Source: Haliotis rubra (lineage: Eukaryota). From it: 64,000 nt of DNA. This document shows positions 24,781-38,667 of this stretch, one piece after another. The stretch's first letter is position 1. Every line of letters begins with the position of its first letter. Below the pieces are notes generated by a model, which saw nothing but the letters and a program-made list of their open reading frames with translations, was not told where the DNA came from and did not search any database. The position numbers were made by a program, and so were the translations under genes. Location: the NCBI RefSeq assembly GCF_003918875.1, contig NW_025766002.1, forward strand, positions 7,254,001-7,318,000, written 5' to 3'.

Positions 24781-24925
24781 GAATAAAGACGGTTTACTAT
24801 ACACTAATGTGCATTAAACAACTATCATGACAAAAAGATCAAGGCGACAAAAACACTCTGTCAGTCATATATAAATTGACAGTAAACATTTCAATATTTA
24901 TTGAAAATCACTACTACAAGCAGAA

Positions 24926-25066
24926 TGGGGCGTTGGGGTAGCCTAGTGGTTACAGCATCCGCTCGGGTTTAATTCCCCACATGGGTAAAATGTGTGAACC
25001 CATTTCTAGTGCCCCTGTCATGATATTGCTGTAATATTGCTACAAGCGGCGTAAAACGTAACTCAC
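24926..25066 (+). mobile_element. tRNA-derived SINE, family A (duplicated with the array units; paralogs ~38795-38950, ~48322-48485, ~58663-58810)
   Basis: ggggtagcctagtggttacagcatccgctc...caagcggcgtaaaac at the same position in each unit. Confidence 0.75.
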
Positions 25067-25943
25067 ACAACCCATTTTACGATTCTGACTGTTGTGTTTG
25101 TGAATCACGATCAAATAGTAATAATGCTGATGGCGCTGTAGTAAACACACGCAAAGGAAAGGAAATAGTTTACTTCGGAAAACAAAAATATGGGAAAATA
25201 CTATCCTGAATGTGAAAATTCATCGGATATAAATTTGACCAGTAAAATCTGGGTTAACCTTTAATGTATCATGTGAAACGAATACTGACTCTGTAATAAC
25301 ACATGCAAAGGCAAAGAAATATTTTACATCGAAAATATAAAACATAGGAAAAATATATACGATCTGTAAACATTCATTGGACATAATGTTGACCTGTGAT
25401 GCCTAAAAGTGTGTTAACCTTTATGTATCATGTGAAACGAATACTTTGACATCCTTGTGAGTTTGTATAAAACGAGATTTGTATTATATTTGTTTACAAA
25501 AGGTTTCGACATAATGAAAGGATGGAAGTCCCATGGGGAAATCAACATCAGTGCATTTAAGAAATGACAACTCTGAGTAGGGGGAGCATTTCTTGTCACT
25601 GAAGTGGAACGTATCTACCTTGTTTAAATATGCGGTAAAATGTCGGCTTTCAAACTTTCGATCGAGAAGAGGTTATGATAACAATATAGAGGTTCTGAAC
25701 GCACTTATGTTTTGCTTTAACACATAGCAACTTCCGTGTGAGAATCTCATAGCAAATGAAATAACTAGTCGGCTCAGATCTGATGCAAATGAAATAACCA
25801 GTTGGCGAAAGTCTTATGACTCCTCGTTTAAAAACATATCTCATAGTTGTGAAATAGTTACACTCCAAAGACCGAAGCTCAAGAAATATTACTCAACTTG
25901 AATTAAAGGTTATACTATCACTCGTGCCATACTGTAATATTAG

Positions 25944-28900
25944 GGATTATTTTATCACTATGAATTATTACGTAAAGATGTAAATTTAGGTTGTTTCACT
26001 GGTTTCTCAGGTGGGTCAGTTATTGGAAGTCTCTAAAATCATTGGAAATGACGATTTCACCAAGCGACGTAAGAGCGTAAGTGAAAAAGACCCATGCCAG
26101 GCACGATAAAGTTATTGAGATGAGAGCTTTTATTTACATCAATGTGATACAGTTATGCTAACATCATTGGGAAAAAATGATTATTCAGAAATCCTGTCAG
26201 TTGGAAAGACGAACGTGTAATACATACTTGCGTACCTGGGTGGGTGATGTTGGATGTTTAAGGGTGCATAATTGTGAAGCCAATACATGATTATACATTA
26301 GGATGTCGATTAATTTTCGTGAATATCTCTTGATAATCTGCAATAGTGTCGTGTAATATTATTTAATTTCAGGGTTCATTCAGTTCAGTTTCTCATTCAA
26401 AGGCATAAATGATCTGTGTGATCTCACACAATTATTCATCTGGCTCTTATTTCATACCTGATGAAACTGGTGATCATTGGGCTTCAGACCCGCAAACCAC
26501 ATTGCAGAGATTCCAAGGATCTACTAATCGAGGGGTTCGAATGCCCAGTTTCCGATTACCCACAAGCACTAGACCAATTGGTCATATACCCACCATGGTT
26601 GTTCCAAAATGTAGCTGACATGCCGTAATGAAACACGTTTACACTTACATGGTGTTTAACCCAACGAACTCAGTTAATGAACTGTTTCTATTTGATCCAA
26701 TTATTTGTCAGATAATGGTACGTGTACTCGTTGGATGACTGTTCAGTGACGTATTAGATTACAAGAAGCGCAGATTGTAGTAGAGAGATCGAATGTTAAC
26801 CTGATGTATCCTCGTAAGTGGAGGCAGGCACCGTCATCATTAAACGAATGCCTCTTCTTAAATTCAAAATTGTTTAGAGAGAGAAATTAAACGACACCAG
26901 GACCGTTTTTTTTTAAATGAGGAAAATGGACTTCAATAAACCGCCAATAATGTGTTTGATAGTTTTAATGGATTTGGGTTCGTATGACTGCATTATCAAT
27001 GCATACTCTTTAAGTCAACTTTTCCTTTACGTCGAACCTTTGGTGTCAACATTTCTCAACTTTTGAGGTGCGATTGTGCATGCTCTTTCTACGGAGATTT
27101 CAAACAGCGACGAGCAACTTTGAAGCTTTTAGTACAACTCTAAACGTGTTAAGGTTTGCCAGTTTGCCAGTTTGCAAACTAGTTTCCGATTCGAGTTCCA
27201 AGTTGGACTTTCACCATGCAAACTATTATTCAGTGTTTCATCAACAATTGACGTGTTTTGTTTCAGTCTGCTTTTAGGGCGAGTGCTGCAAATGAGGGAA
27301 AAATACACTCACTTATTACTTAATGACTGGTATCATGCTTTAGATCTACAGTGAATTCTGCTGTTAATATGTATTTCAGATCATAATGGAATAGTGTTTA
27401 TCGCTTGATTTACTTTGTAATATCTGCAGCGCAAGGTAGTAAAAGTTCTTGGTCTAGACATGGTTAATGTGTGTCTGGGACATTGCCAATTAGAGTTAAC
27501 AGTATTCCACACCCACTGTCTGTCATAAGAGGGGACTGATGAGTTCGGGAGGTCAGCCTGGCCGACTTAGTTAAGGCACATTATCGTGTTCAGATGTTGT
27601 AGGTAGATGCTAGTCACAATTGTGTCTGGTCCAGACTGTATTATTTACAGAGTTGTTCAACAAGAGTAGAGTATGTTTATTGGAAAGTATATATAGACAA
27701 GAGGACAAATATAAATAAAATGTTTGGTACCTGAACATTTCTATTAAACTTTTTTATTCTCACTTTCCTACTAATGTCTATAACTTGGATGTATTTATGG
27801 ATGTAAATTGCACTTATTAGTGTATCATTCCGATCTTCAATAAAACAATTATAATTCGTGACTCAACGTATTTCCATGAACTAAGTTTTATCTCCAGCAT
27901 GAACTAACTCCTTTCTCAATAAATATTATGCCAATGGGGGACCTTGGTGGAGCATGTGTACCCAATGTGGTATGTTCATTCTGAACACTAAGAAATGGAT
28001 ACGTCGGCTCCATGATATCATGCCCTGACGATGTGGATCCTCGTCCATGATTTCAGTTGCTGCTGTTGCTTTATCAGTTATGTAGAGGTCGCATTGATAT
28101 TGATAGAGAAATTGTGTCCGTAGCGTGAACCGACCGTCGCTCACTCACTCAGTAGCATATATTGTTCAGCCTCGTGTGTAGCATAGGGAGTCGGATTACA
28201 CCTGTATGCTATTTGTACTGTCGGGACATATGTTTTCCTGTGTAAAGCAAAAACACAAACACGACAGGTTAACTGATTTAATAATGAACGAAATTATGTC
28301 ATAAGGATACATGAGCGTAGTTCTTTTGTTCAATGTATACGTTAATGTCGAGGTTTTAGTTTTGTTTGGACTGTTGTAATAAACAATTAACCGGCTCACG
28401 TCGTCAGAGACAACCGCTGGCGTCATCTGCTCTGTCTCTTTTGGGAGTTTTTGCAATGGTATTTGGCATGTTCAAAGCTTCAAAATACTCAGGCTATTTC
28501 AGTCAACATGCGGTGATGACATAAGTAAATAGATATTGCTCACATAAGACAGGGTTTGAATTTGGACAGCAAAGTGAATGATAATCGGAATCCGGTTATG
28601 ATCATACGCTATATAGTTCCGCCATCACGGTATAACATTGGTACAAATTAAAATCCTCATATATACATGATTTAAATCTACAGTATTGCAGTTTAGATAC
28701 GGTGTTTATAACTACTTATGTATATCGGAACTACACATGTTCGTGAACAATGAATCTAATTCTCCAAAGCTCTCTTTGTATCCCTCAGCTGGATTATTTT
28801 ATCACTATGAATTATTACGCAAAGATGTAAATTTAGGATGTTTCACTGGTTTCTCAGGTGGGTCAGTTAGTGGAAGTCTCTAAAATCATTGGAAATGACG

Positions 28901-31629
28901 ATTTCACCAAGCGACGTAAGAGCGTAAGTGAAAAGAGCCATACCAGTCACGAGAAAGTAATTGAGATGAGAGCTTTTATTTACATCAATGTGATACATTT
29001 ATGCTAACATCGTTGGGAAAAATGATTATTCAGAAATCCTGTCAGTTGGAAAGACGAACGTGTAATACATACTTGCGTACCTGGGTGGGTGATGTTGGAT
29101 GTTTAAGGGTGCATAATTGTGAAGCCAATACATGATTATACATTAGGATGTCGATTAATTTTCGTGAATATCTCTTGATAATCTGCAATAGTGTCGTGTA
29201 ATATTATTTAATTACAGGGTTCTCTCACTCAAAGACATAAATGATCTGTGTGATCTCACATAATTATTCATCTGGCTCTTATTTCATACCTGATGAAACT
29301 GGTAATCATTGGGCTTCAGACCCGCAAACCACATTGCAGAGATGCTAAGGATCTACAAATCGAGGGGTTCGAATCCCCAGTTTCCGATTATCCACAAGCA
29401 CTAGACCAATTGGTCATATACCCACTATGGTTGTTCCAAAATGTAGCTGACATGCCGTAATGAAACACGTTTACACTTACATGGTGTTTAACCCAACGAA
29501 CTCAGTTAATGAACTGTTTCTATTTGATCCAATTATTTGTCAGATAATGGTACGTGTACTCGTTGGATGACTGTTCAGTGACGTATTAGATTACAAGAAG
29601 CGCAGATTGTAGTAGAGAGATCGAATGTTAACCTGATGTATCCTCGTAAGTGGAGGCAGGCACCGTCATCATTAAACGAATGCCTCTTCTTAAATTCAAA
29701 ATTGTTTAGAGAGAGAAATTAAACGACACCAGGACCGTTTTTTTTTAAATGAGGAAAATGGACTTCAATAAACCGCCAATAATGTGTTTGATAGTTTTAA
29801 TGGATTTGGGTTCGTATGACTGCATTATCAATGCATACTCTTTAAGTCAACTTTTCCTTTACGTCGAACCTTTGGTGTCAACATTTCTCAACTTTTGAGG
29901 TGCGATTGTGCATGCTCTTTCTACGGAGATTTCAAACAGCGACGAGCAACTTTGAAGCTTTTAGTACAACTCTAAACGTGTTAAGGTTTGCCAGTTTGCC
30001 AGTTTGCAAACTAGTTTCCGATTCGAGTTCCAAGTTGGACTTTCACCATGCAAACTATTATTCAGTGTTTCATCAACAATTGACGTGTTTTTGTTTCAGT
30101 CTGCTTTTTAGGGCGAGTGCTGCAAATGAGGAAACATACACTCACTTATTACTTAATGACTGGTATCATGCTTTAGATCTACAGTGAATTCTGCTGTTAA
30201 TATGTATTTCAGATCATAATGGAATAGTGTTTATCGCTTGATTTACTTTGTAATATCTGCAGCGCAAGGTAGTAAAAGTTCTTGGTCTAGACATGGTTAA
30301 TGTGTGTCTGGGACATTGCCAATTAGAGTTAACAGTATTCCACCCCCACTGTCTGTCATAAGAGGGGACTGATGAGTTCGGGAGGTCAGCCTGGCCGACT
30401 TAGTTAAGGCACATTATCGTGTTCAGATGTTGTAGGTAGATGCTAGTCACAATTGTGTCTGGTCCAGACTGTATTATTTACAGAGTTGTTCAACAAGAGT
30501 AGAGTATGTTTATTGGAAAGTATATATAGACAAGAGGACAAATATAAATAAAATGTTTGGTACCTGAACATTTCTATTAAACTTTTTTATTCTTACTTTC
30601 CTACTAATGTCTATAACGTGGATGTATTTATGGATGTATTAATTGCACTTATTAGTGTATCATTCCGATCTTCAATAAAACAATTATAATTTGTGACTCA
30701 ACGTATTTCCATGAACTAAGTTTTATCTCCAGCATGAACTAACTCCTTTCTCAATAAATATTATGCCAATGGGGGACCTTGGTGGAGCATGTGTACCCAA
30801 TGTGGTATGTTCATTCTGAACACTAAGAAATGGATACGTCGGCTCCATGATATCATGCCCTGACGATGTGGATCCTCGTCCATGATTTCAGTTGCTGCTG
30901 TTGCTTTATCAGTTATGTAGATGCCGCATTGATATTGATAGAGAAATTGTGTTCGCAGCGTAAACCGACCGTCGCTCACTCACTCACTCAGTTGTATATA
31001 TTGTTCAGCCTCGTGTGTAGCATAGGGAGTCGGATTACACCTGTACGCTATTTGTACTGTCGGGACATATGTTTTCCTGTGTAAAGCAAAAACACAAACA
31101 CGACAGGTTAACTGATTTAATAATGAACGAAATTATGTCATAAGGATACATGAGCGTAGTTCTTTTGTTCAATGTATACGTTAATGTCGAGGTTTTAGTT
31201 TTGTTTGGACTGTTGTAATAAACAATTAACCGGCTCACGTCGTCAGAGACAACCGCTGGCGTCATCTGCTCTGTCTCTTTTGGGAGTTTTTGCAATGGTA
31301 TTTGGCATGTTCAAAGCTTCAAAATACTCAGGCTATTTCAGTCAACATGCGGTGATGACATAAGTAAATAGATATTGCTCACATAAGACAGGGTTTGAAT
31401 TTGGACAGCAAAGTGAATGATAATCGGAATCCGGTTATGATCACACGCTATATAGTTCCGCCATCACGGTATAACATTGGTACAAATTAAAATGCTCATA
31501 TATACATGATTTACATCTACAGTATTGCAGTTTAGATACGGTGTTTATAACTACTTATGTATATCGGAACTACACATGTTCGTGAACAATGAATCTAATT
31601 CTCCAAAGCTCTCTTTGTATCCCTCAGCT
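25944..31629. repeat. Direct tandem duplication of ~2.84 kb (25944-28790 / 28791-31629)
   Basis: Both copies begin ggattattttatcactatgaattattacg and end tttgtatccctcagct; only one copy in the next unit (~39820-42679). Confidence 0.95.
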
Positions 31630-32184
31630 GGCTCAGCCTCGATTCTGCAAACCCCATAACCATTGGGTTAATATATTTCGTTTAAACTAAGCATCTTTGA
31701 CCTGTAATTTCTCGACCCATGAAGATCCGGGTTAGAAGCGAGTAATGGGATCGGGTGGTCAGGCTCGCCTACTTGGTTGATGCAGGCCATCGAATCTCAT
31801 TTGCGTAGATTGATGCTCATTATTTTTATCACTAGACAGACAGGTGGAGACAGATTATTTACAGACCGTCGTCATGTAGATGGAAAACTTGTGAATGCAG
31901 TGTTCCGCATAGTAAAAACTAACAAACACAAAACGTGCAAGAGATCTAGAGAGTATTTCGAACATGAAGTGGCATCACGGGCGTCCGATTCACGGCTGCA
32001 GGAGTGTTGTAAGCAACTAACTAGGGCTAAACTGACCTGGGCACAAACCCTGGTTCAGATAACATAAAACAGAGTCGGCATTGTTTGTGTTTGCTTCTTT
32101 TGCAATCACTTTGCTTTATTTAAACACTTCGAACAGTCAACATCCGGTCGAAAGTCGTCCATTAGTATCCATCCTACGAAGCCT

Positions 32185-35100
32185 CTATTTCGCTGTAAAT
32201 AAAACAAACAAACAAACATCAAACGATGCCTGAAAGACCTTGTAAATAAAGACAATTTTCTTAATTTTCGATAGCACCCTGAATACACATACACACACGC
32301 ACGCACGCACTCACATAGGTTTCTATCTGTCTATGTTTTATAAATTGTGAACATATGTGTTATTATTAAAGAATAAAATGAGGTCGGTTTCGTACCATTT
32401 GCAGGTGGGATGTAATAACAAATCACATCACATCAATCACATCAAGGGTTGGGGATCAAAATAGAAAGAAGCATGATGTCGATACATTATTCTTTTTGCT
32501 GTGTCAAATGCTATGTTTTCTCATTTGTGGACGAACAAATATTTAACGAGGAAAGTATTCAACCAGTTTTTATAGTCAAGAGGCGTTAGAGATTTCAACA
32601 CGCCTTTCGACCAGCAGTGAAATGTATAATAATTGCAGTGACGACTTGTGTCACAAATTTACTTTAGTAAAGACAACCCAGTTGTTGAATTTCAAAATGT
32701 AGGCATTTACCTGGTTCGTAAGCATCCTCTCCCATCCAGTTAGCCCTGGAACATGAAGTAAAATATATTATGTCTTGGACGGGATTTTGTTGTTGTGACG
32801 GAAAGTATTGATGGTCACTGGAAGTGGAATACACCAACGGCATGAAATAAAAGGAACTAATAATATGAATGTCGCTATTTTTTAGGAGGACGTTCACAAT
32901 ACCATGGCGTTGCATCTGAATGCAATATCTAATATTTCACATCACACAACACAGTGCGTATTACACATGCAGAAAAGACTGTGTACTTCCACCATCGAGA
33001 TCATTCCATCAGTTCCCTTCTGAGGGTTGTACAATGTACATGTATTCTGATTATCAGACACGGACCATTATTAATGAAAACATGATCTCGAGTTACATGA
33101 TCCAGTCACTTTCTGTGGGCTGTAACATTGAACTCACTATTTTGTCATGCTTACCCAATGAGTCGCTGCTTGCAAAACACAAGCACTGGAATCTGTGGGC
33201 CGTGAATGACCACACACGGGCAGGCAGATTAAAGTACAAATACTTACCTGGGCTCATAGTAACACACCAGGAACCGTACGTCATTGTAACCTCGGAACTG
33301 AGACATATAGTTGCAGTTATTCATTGCACAGCCAAATTCCCTAGTGTCCTCCCAGTTAACCTAGATGAGACATCCATTATTTAGAAGTTGCACTGATAAG
33401 AATATCGAAAATCATAACGACAACACCACGTTCAATCTTGAGCATTTTGTTCTTAAATGACCATCAAGTAGTGATGATACCAACTGTAAGTAAAAAGATC
33501 AAACTCCTGCCACTGCGATGGTATCTGGGTTGAACACATGCAAAGGCAAGGTAATTATTCACCTGAAAACAAATTCACAAAGATACAGAGGGCCAATCAA
33601 TAAAGGGGTTTGAACTACATGGTGGTGTCAAATCTGAAATATCCTCCATATCTATTGTTTACAAAACTATTTTGAAGCTTTTCATCGAACGACATGTTCG
33701 CAAGAGTGGCATGACGCTCTTTGAATTTATAATGCAAGGAGCATGCACCCTCGTACATCAAGAGTTGTGACATCAAGGACTGGAACTGGGATGCTGAGCA
33801 ACAAAAAGGGAAACCTGACAATTGAAATTTTGAACTCACTCCTCTTTTTTGAAACATTTTGTCAGCCTAAAATGTTATGCCTAGAACTAAATTCTAATTT
33901 CTTATATGTTTCGAAACCTATCTTTCTTAAATTTAGTTTTTAAATTAAAAATTTAAAAAAGAGAACGAACGCCAATGAACCGACTTAGAGGAGATGCATG
34001 TCCTGGTTGAGAAGTAGCTGAATAACGTTGTTATTCGACGTATCATCCACTTGTCAGTATTGGAACACGTGTCCGTCGATCACGGAACATGGAAATACCT
34101 GATAAAATATTATCTATTAGGGGTCATTGTGTGAAACCAATGTTTCAGGTACAATGTCTGACATATATTTTCAGAAACTGCTACTCGGAGTTTGGCGAGA
34201 ACATATACAATGCAAACGTATTCACAAATGTTTCAAGATACACTGATCGCATAGCTATACTGATAGCTGTAAATGATAACTACGTCGATCTCGAACCATG
34301 ACATGTGTTGCTGTTTCGTGTGTATTAATGACAACGTGTATACCTCTTATTCGCACAACAAAATAAACAAACTATTCGTTGATAAACCAAAACGATATGC
34401 TCTGAGAAAAATATATAAGTAGACATCTTTGTAAAGCCTATACGATAAACATGAATGCATGTACCTTCAATCAACAAAGATGTAGAAAGGGGTTGTAAGA
34501 ACCAAACAAATCAATCTGAAATCTGTTTTGCATGAGTTGTGAACATCAGACACTGTTAACACCAAGTGTTCACAAATAACTTAAAGTTACCTGTGAGTAA
34601 TAGCAGCTCTGGGAAGGAGAGCATCCCCTGTCATCAAAGCGGAATGAGTCGTCCCCGTTCCTCCAAGCGTTAAAGCCTCTATTCATGAACTCTTCTTCCG
34701 ATCGGGACGACTGCTCAATGTAGAGGTTCTCGCCGAAGTCAGGTCTTGATGAGTAACTGAACTGACATCTGTTTGCATATCTCTGGGCTTCTCTTGCTAA
34801 GTCTTCGTTCCATCTCTGCAACAAACAGTATTTAAGCTTAAGAAGCAATTTGATTTATCTACGAGACCAGTGCCAAAATGTCTAAATGCTTACAAGACTG
34901 TACTTGGGCTTACAATTTCGTACAACAATATACATTTGATAATTGACTTGAAATATAACAAATGCGAAAAGAATGCACAGCAAGTAATATGTTCTTGTTT
35001 TGACAAAAATAAAAAAAACTGCTATTTTGTTTGACAACATGTCTCCAAATGTTTCCGTTGTGTGTGTTTTATGCGTGAAACATTGTGAATAGGAGGTCTT

Positions 35101-35245
35101 CTAATCCAATGTAAACCTTCGAATTGGTACAGTTCATTAATTTCATTTTCATTAATTTTAAGTGCATGGAAATTCCATTTCATTGTATAATGCAGACATT
35201 CAGTTTGTGTCTACTTAACATAAAGCGAATGCTATAACCACACAC

Positions 35246-35279
<34 letters not shown>

Positions 35280-35549
35280 GTAAAGCTGCGAGTAATAATG
35301 GTTAAAATAGAAAGAAAATATATACATATACGTCATCCAATTAGCATCATTTTGAAATAATTTTTATATTGACATGAATACTCACGAGAAAGGGATAATT
35401 GTCTTCTCCGTACTGATTAGGGAAATCTCCCTCACCCATCATCTGGCGTCCCCGTTGTGTAGTTGAAGCATGATGTTCTGATATTCTGGCATCATTACAT
35501 TCGCCATGGAGACGCCCAAGACGCCCAGAAAAACTACGGTCCACATCAT
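32185..35549 (-). CDS. Secreted CAP protein, copy 2 (1-nt frameshift in first coding exon: pseudogene or sequencing error)
   Basis: Exons 35549-35386 (164 nt versus 165 in copy 1; base missing at the c-run 35450-35453), 34815-34591, 33360-33248, 32745-32711, 32192-32185; all other exons and splice sites intact. Confidence 0.8.
35239..35278. repeat. (CA)n microsatellite
   Basis: About 20 units with one interruption. Confidence 0.9.
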
Positions 35550-37487
35550 TTTGATATTGAAAGATCTGTCAACGTCATGAAACCAGATTTCTTAATTTTT
35601 ACTGTTCCTGAACTACAGTCAAATAATGGGGTCAGTTCAACCTGGATCTTCACGTATATTTTGAGAAATAGGAACTACAGTTATCGAAACAAGCACAAAT
35701 ACTTGTAATTATCAGCTTTACGCGAACCCCTCCTCTCACTAATCTTTGCTACTGATATACACATGCTTATGCACTAATCGTAATCGGTTACATCTGTATA
35801 TTTTATCTGACGTGAAACATTGAAATATGAAGTCCGCCATGGAGATAAACTGTTATCATTCTGTACCATAAACATCTCAGTATACAAGTTAAATATAACG
35901 TATCTATACAGATATTTATGTAATGTAGGGATCTTTTTAGAAATACCAGGAAAACTCTTACTTACAATTTCATTTTGAAAACAAAATGAGTGTAGGCTAT
36001 TCCGTGTGTAAAACCATCATGCGTCCAAAATTATTTCAGGAATAAAACTACACAAACTTCTACACATTTTCTATCATAATAATGCTCCAGGTAGGTACAT
36101 ATCAATCTCTACGCCCCAAAACAGTATAGACTGAAGTAATCATGCAAACGTTATATAAATGTACTATTATAAATTATAATCAGTGTTTTAGAATGAGAGA
36201 AAATGAAAATGAAAGCAACGTTTATCAAATGAAGAGAGAACAAAATAGTGTCAGCTGAAGGAAAGTAAGACGAAGTCATACAATTATCAAGGCCGAAACT
36301 ATTATTGTTGTTGCCTGGGTCTGTATACATATAAATGTCACAAAATGAAACTGTATATAGGAAATCAAAATATATATTGGAACTGGATATAAAAGTCACA
36401 AAACGAAACTGTACATAAGGAATCAAAATATATATTGGAACTGCATGTTTAAATTGAATATTGAACAACACTGCCTCTGATATCACTTCCGCCTATTAAG
36501 GCTTAAATTGAATGTTTCCTCGGAAAGTCCATTTCGACATTTCAAAAGTATGTATATTAGTCATTGTATGAAAATCTTCAAACATATCCAGTTTGTATTT
36601 AGGGAAACGATCAATCTTTGATAATTTATCTCCAAACGCCTAAACTGAAAGACAAAGGATTATTTCATTGCATTAAAATCGTTAAAAATATCAAACTTGT
36701 ATTCAGGCAAATAGTCACAGTTGTTATTTTTCTCGTTGTCTTGTACAATTCAGGAAAGAACTGGAATTGACATTTTGGGACATGACAGTCTGTCTTGTCT
36801 CTCTTAGCCGTCACTCATCAATTATATTTCTGGCCCTAGAAGAAATATCATACATGTGAAAATTGAAAAAATAATAAAATACCGAAAATTGGAAACAGTG
36901 AGATGATATATGTAAACAGTGAGATGATATATGTAAAACGATTTACATATATTTACATAAATTACTTCTGACGGTTATTTAGTACAGATGTCAATTGTTA
37001 TGTTAGATAATTCTAATACTGTTAATATTTTGTGAGAGGGCTAAAAGTTGCCAAAAATGAGCCCACTCCCAATATACTGTGGTTTACTGTGGTCTATTGC
37101 TTACACAATTACGCTACCTTTGCACTAAGTTAAATCATGAATTATTTAGAGAATATCCATTATATCAAACTGCACAAATGAATTTTGAGAAAACGAAGGT
37201 GCAACTGTTAAGTCGGTTTTACAAAATGGGAGCTCCCATCTCAACTGAACGAAATTTTCAACTGTTACACTGTCCATACGTAGGTGTATCAACCAGATTG
37301 ATCCAAAACGATTTACATATATTTATATTAAATTACCTCCGATGGTTATTTTGTACAGATTTCAATTGTTATGTTAAATAATGTTAATACTGTTAATATT
37401 TTGTGAGAGGGCTAAAAGTTGCCAAATATGAGCCCAGTCCCAATATACAATGTCAATATGAAAGTCGGACATCATACATGTTCTTAC

Positions 37488-37554
37488 CTCAAGGGAGCTG
37501 ATTCCACTGTTTGAAGACTTGAGTGGGCCTGCCTATTGAAGCCCTTCTTATATA
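37488..37554 (-). promoter_or_regulatory. TATA box and leader exon of CAP copy 2
   Basis: TATATAAG at 37554-37547; GAG|GTAAGA donor at 37488. Confidence 0.75.
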
Positions 37555-38430
37555 TTTGTACAATTAATTAAAATGTATGCACGTCCTTTAACTATATACA
37601 GATATTACTGATAAACACTTGATCATATTATGACATGCTTTGATATTTAGGGTGCTGATTATTATCATATTACGTATTCAGTGCATATGTATCTTATCAG
37701 AGAACATTACCGCCAATCACTTTCAGTGTTTAAATCATTATAGCGATGTTCAGTTAGTACATTGATCATTTCACAGAAATGTAAACATTATGGTATAATG
37801 AACTAATTTTGCGGTATCGAAAAAAATTAAATGCATCAAAGAGAATTTCGGACGAGCCTTGCACAATCTGTACTGGCTTGCCTCATCATCAGGTTAGGGA
37901 AGAAATTATAATTATTATTACATAATTAATTAGAATGACCATGTGATGTACATTCTAGAGAAAGCATGCTTGAAAACGGTATAACCATCAATACCGAAAC
38001 GTCGCAATTGTAGAATAAAGAAGCTGATCATCCATAAACACTTGTCATCCTATAAAATATTGCTTTCAACTTCTGGAATGCCTCTCAAACAGTGCTGTTT
38101 CAGAATGGAGCACCATATCATACCCTGATTTTCTATGTGATGGCTTGTGCAACAATCAAAGTCACCAAGCCTTATCCGTTATCCTTATCACCTTATCCGT
38201 TTACCTGCCTTACAAGAAGCACATATCGCCTATTCTGGGGTGGAATAGACAGAGGATATCCCCCAATACTACATACGCTCAAGCCATTGCTCAGAACACG
38301 TTACAACCAAGCACATTACATTCCGAGACTTGTTTAAGATGCACCCACGGCATTTTGGAGTGAAAAAGAAACAGAAAACCCCTTTTATGTGTAAACTGTT
38401 GCTGCATATCAAACACTTAGGGAATAAAGA

Positions 38431-38667
38431 CGAGTGAGTGAGTTTAGTTTCACGCCGCAATATTCCAGTGATATGGCTGCGGCCTGTAAATGATCGAGTC
38501 TGGACCAGACAATCCAGTGATCAACAGCTTGAGCATCGATCTATGCAATTGGGATACGATGACATCTGTCAACCAAGTCAGCTTGCCTGACCACCCGATC
38601 CCGTTAGTCGCCTCTTATGACAAGCATGGTTACTAAAGGCCAATTCTAACCCGGATATTCACGGGTC
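38431..38667 (-). mobile_element. SINE-like repeat, family B
   Basis: Full-length reverse match to 2837-3072 including the (gagt)n tail. Confidence 0.8.

Noticed and set aside
26409-28456. Repeated spacer ORFs (MICVISH.., MRLCMLFLRR.., MSDGRFT.., MQKLPKE..)
   Set aside because: They recur only because the spacer is duplicated and are disrupted in the more diverged units; no domains
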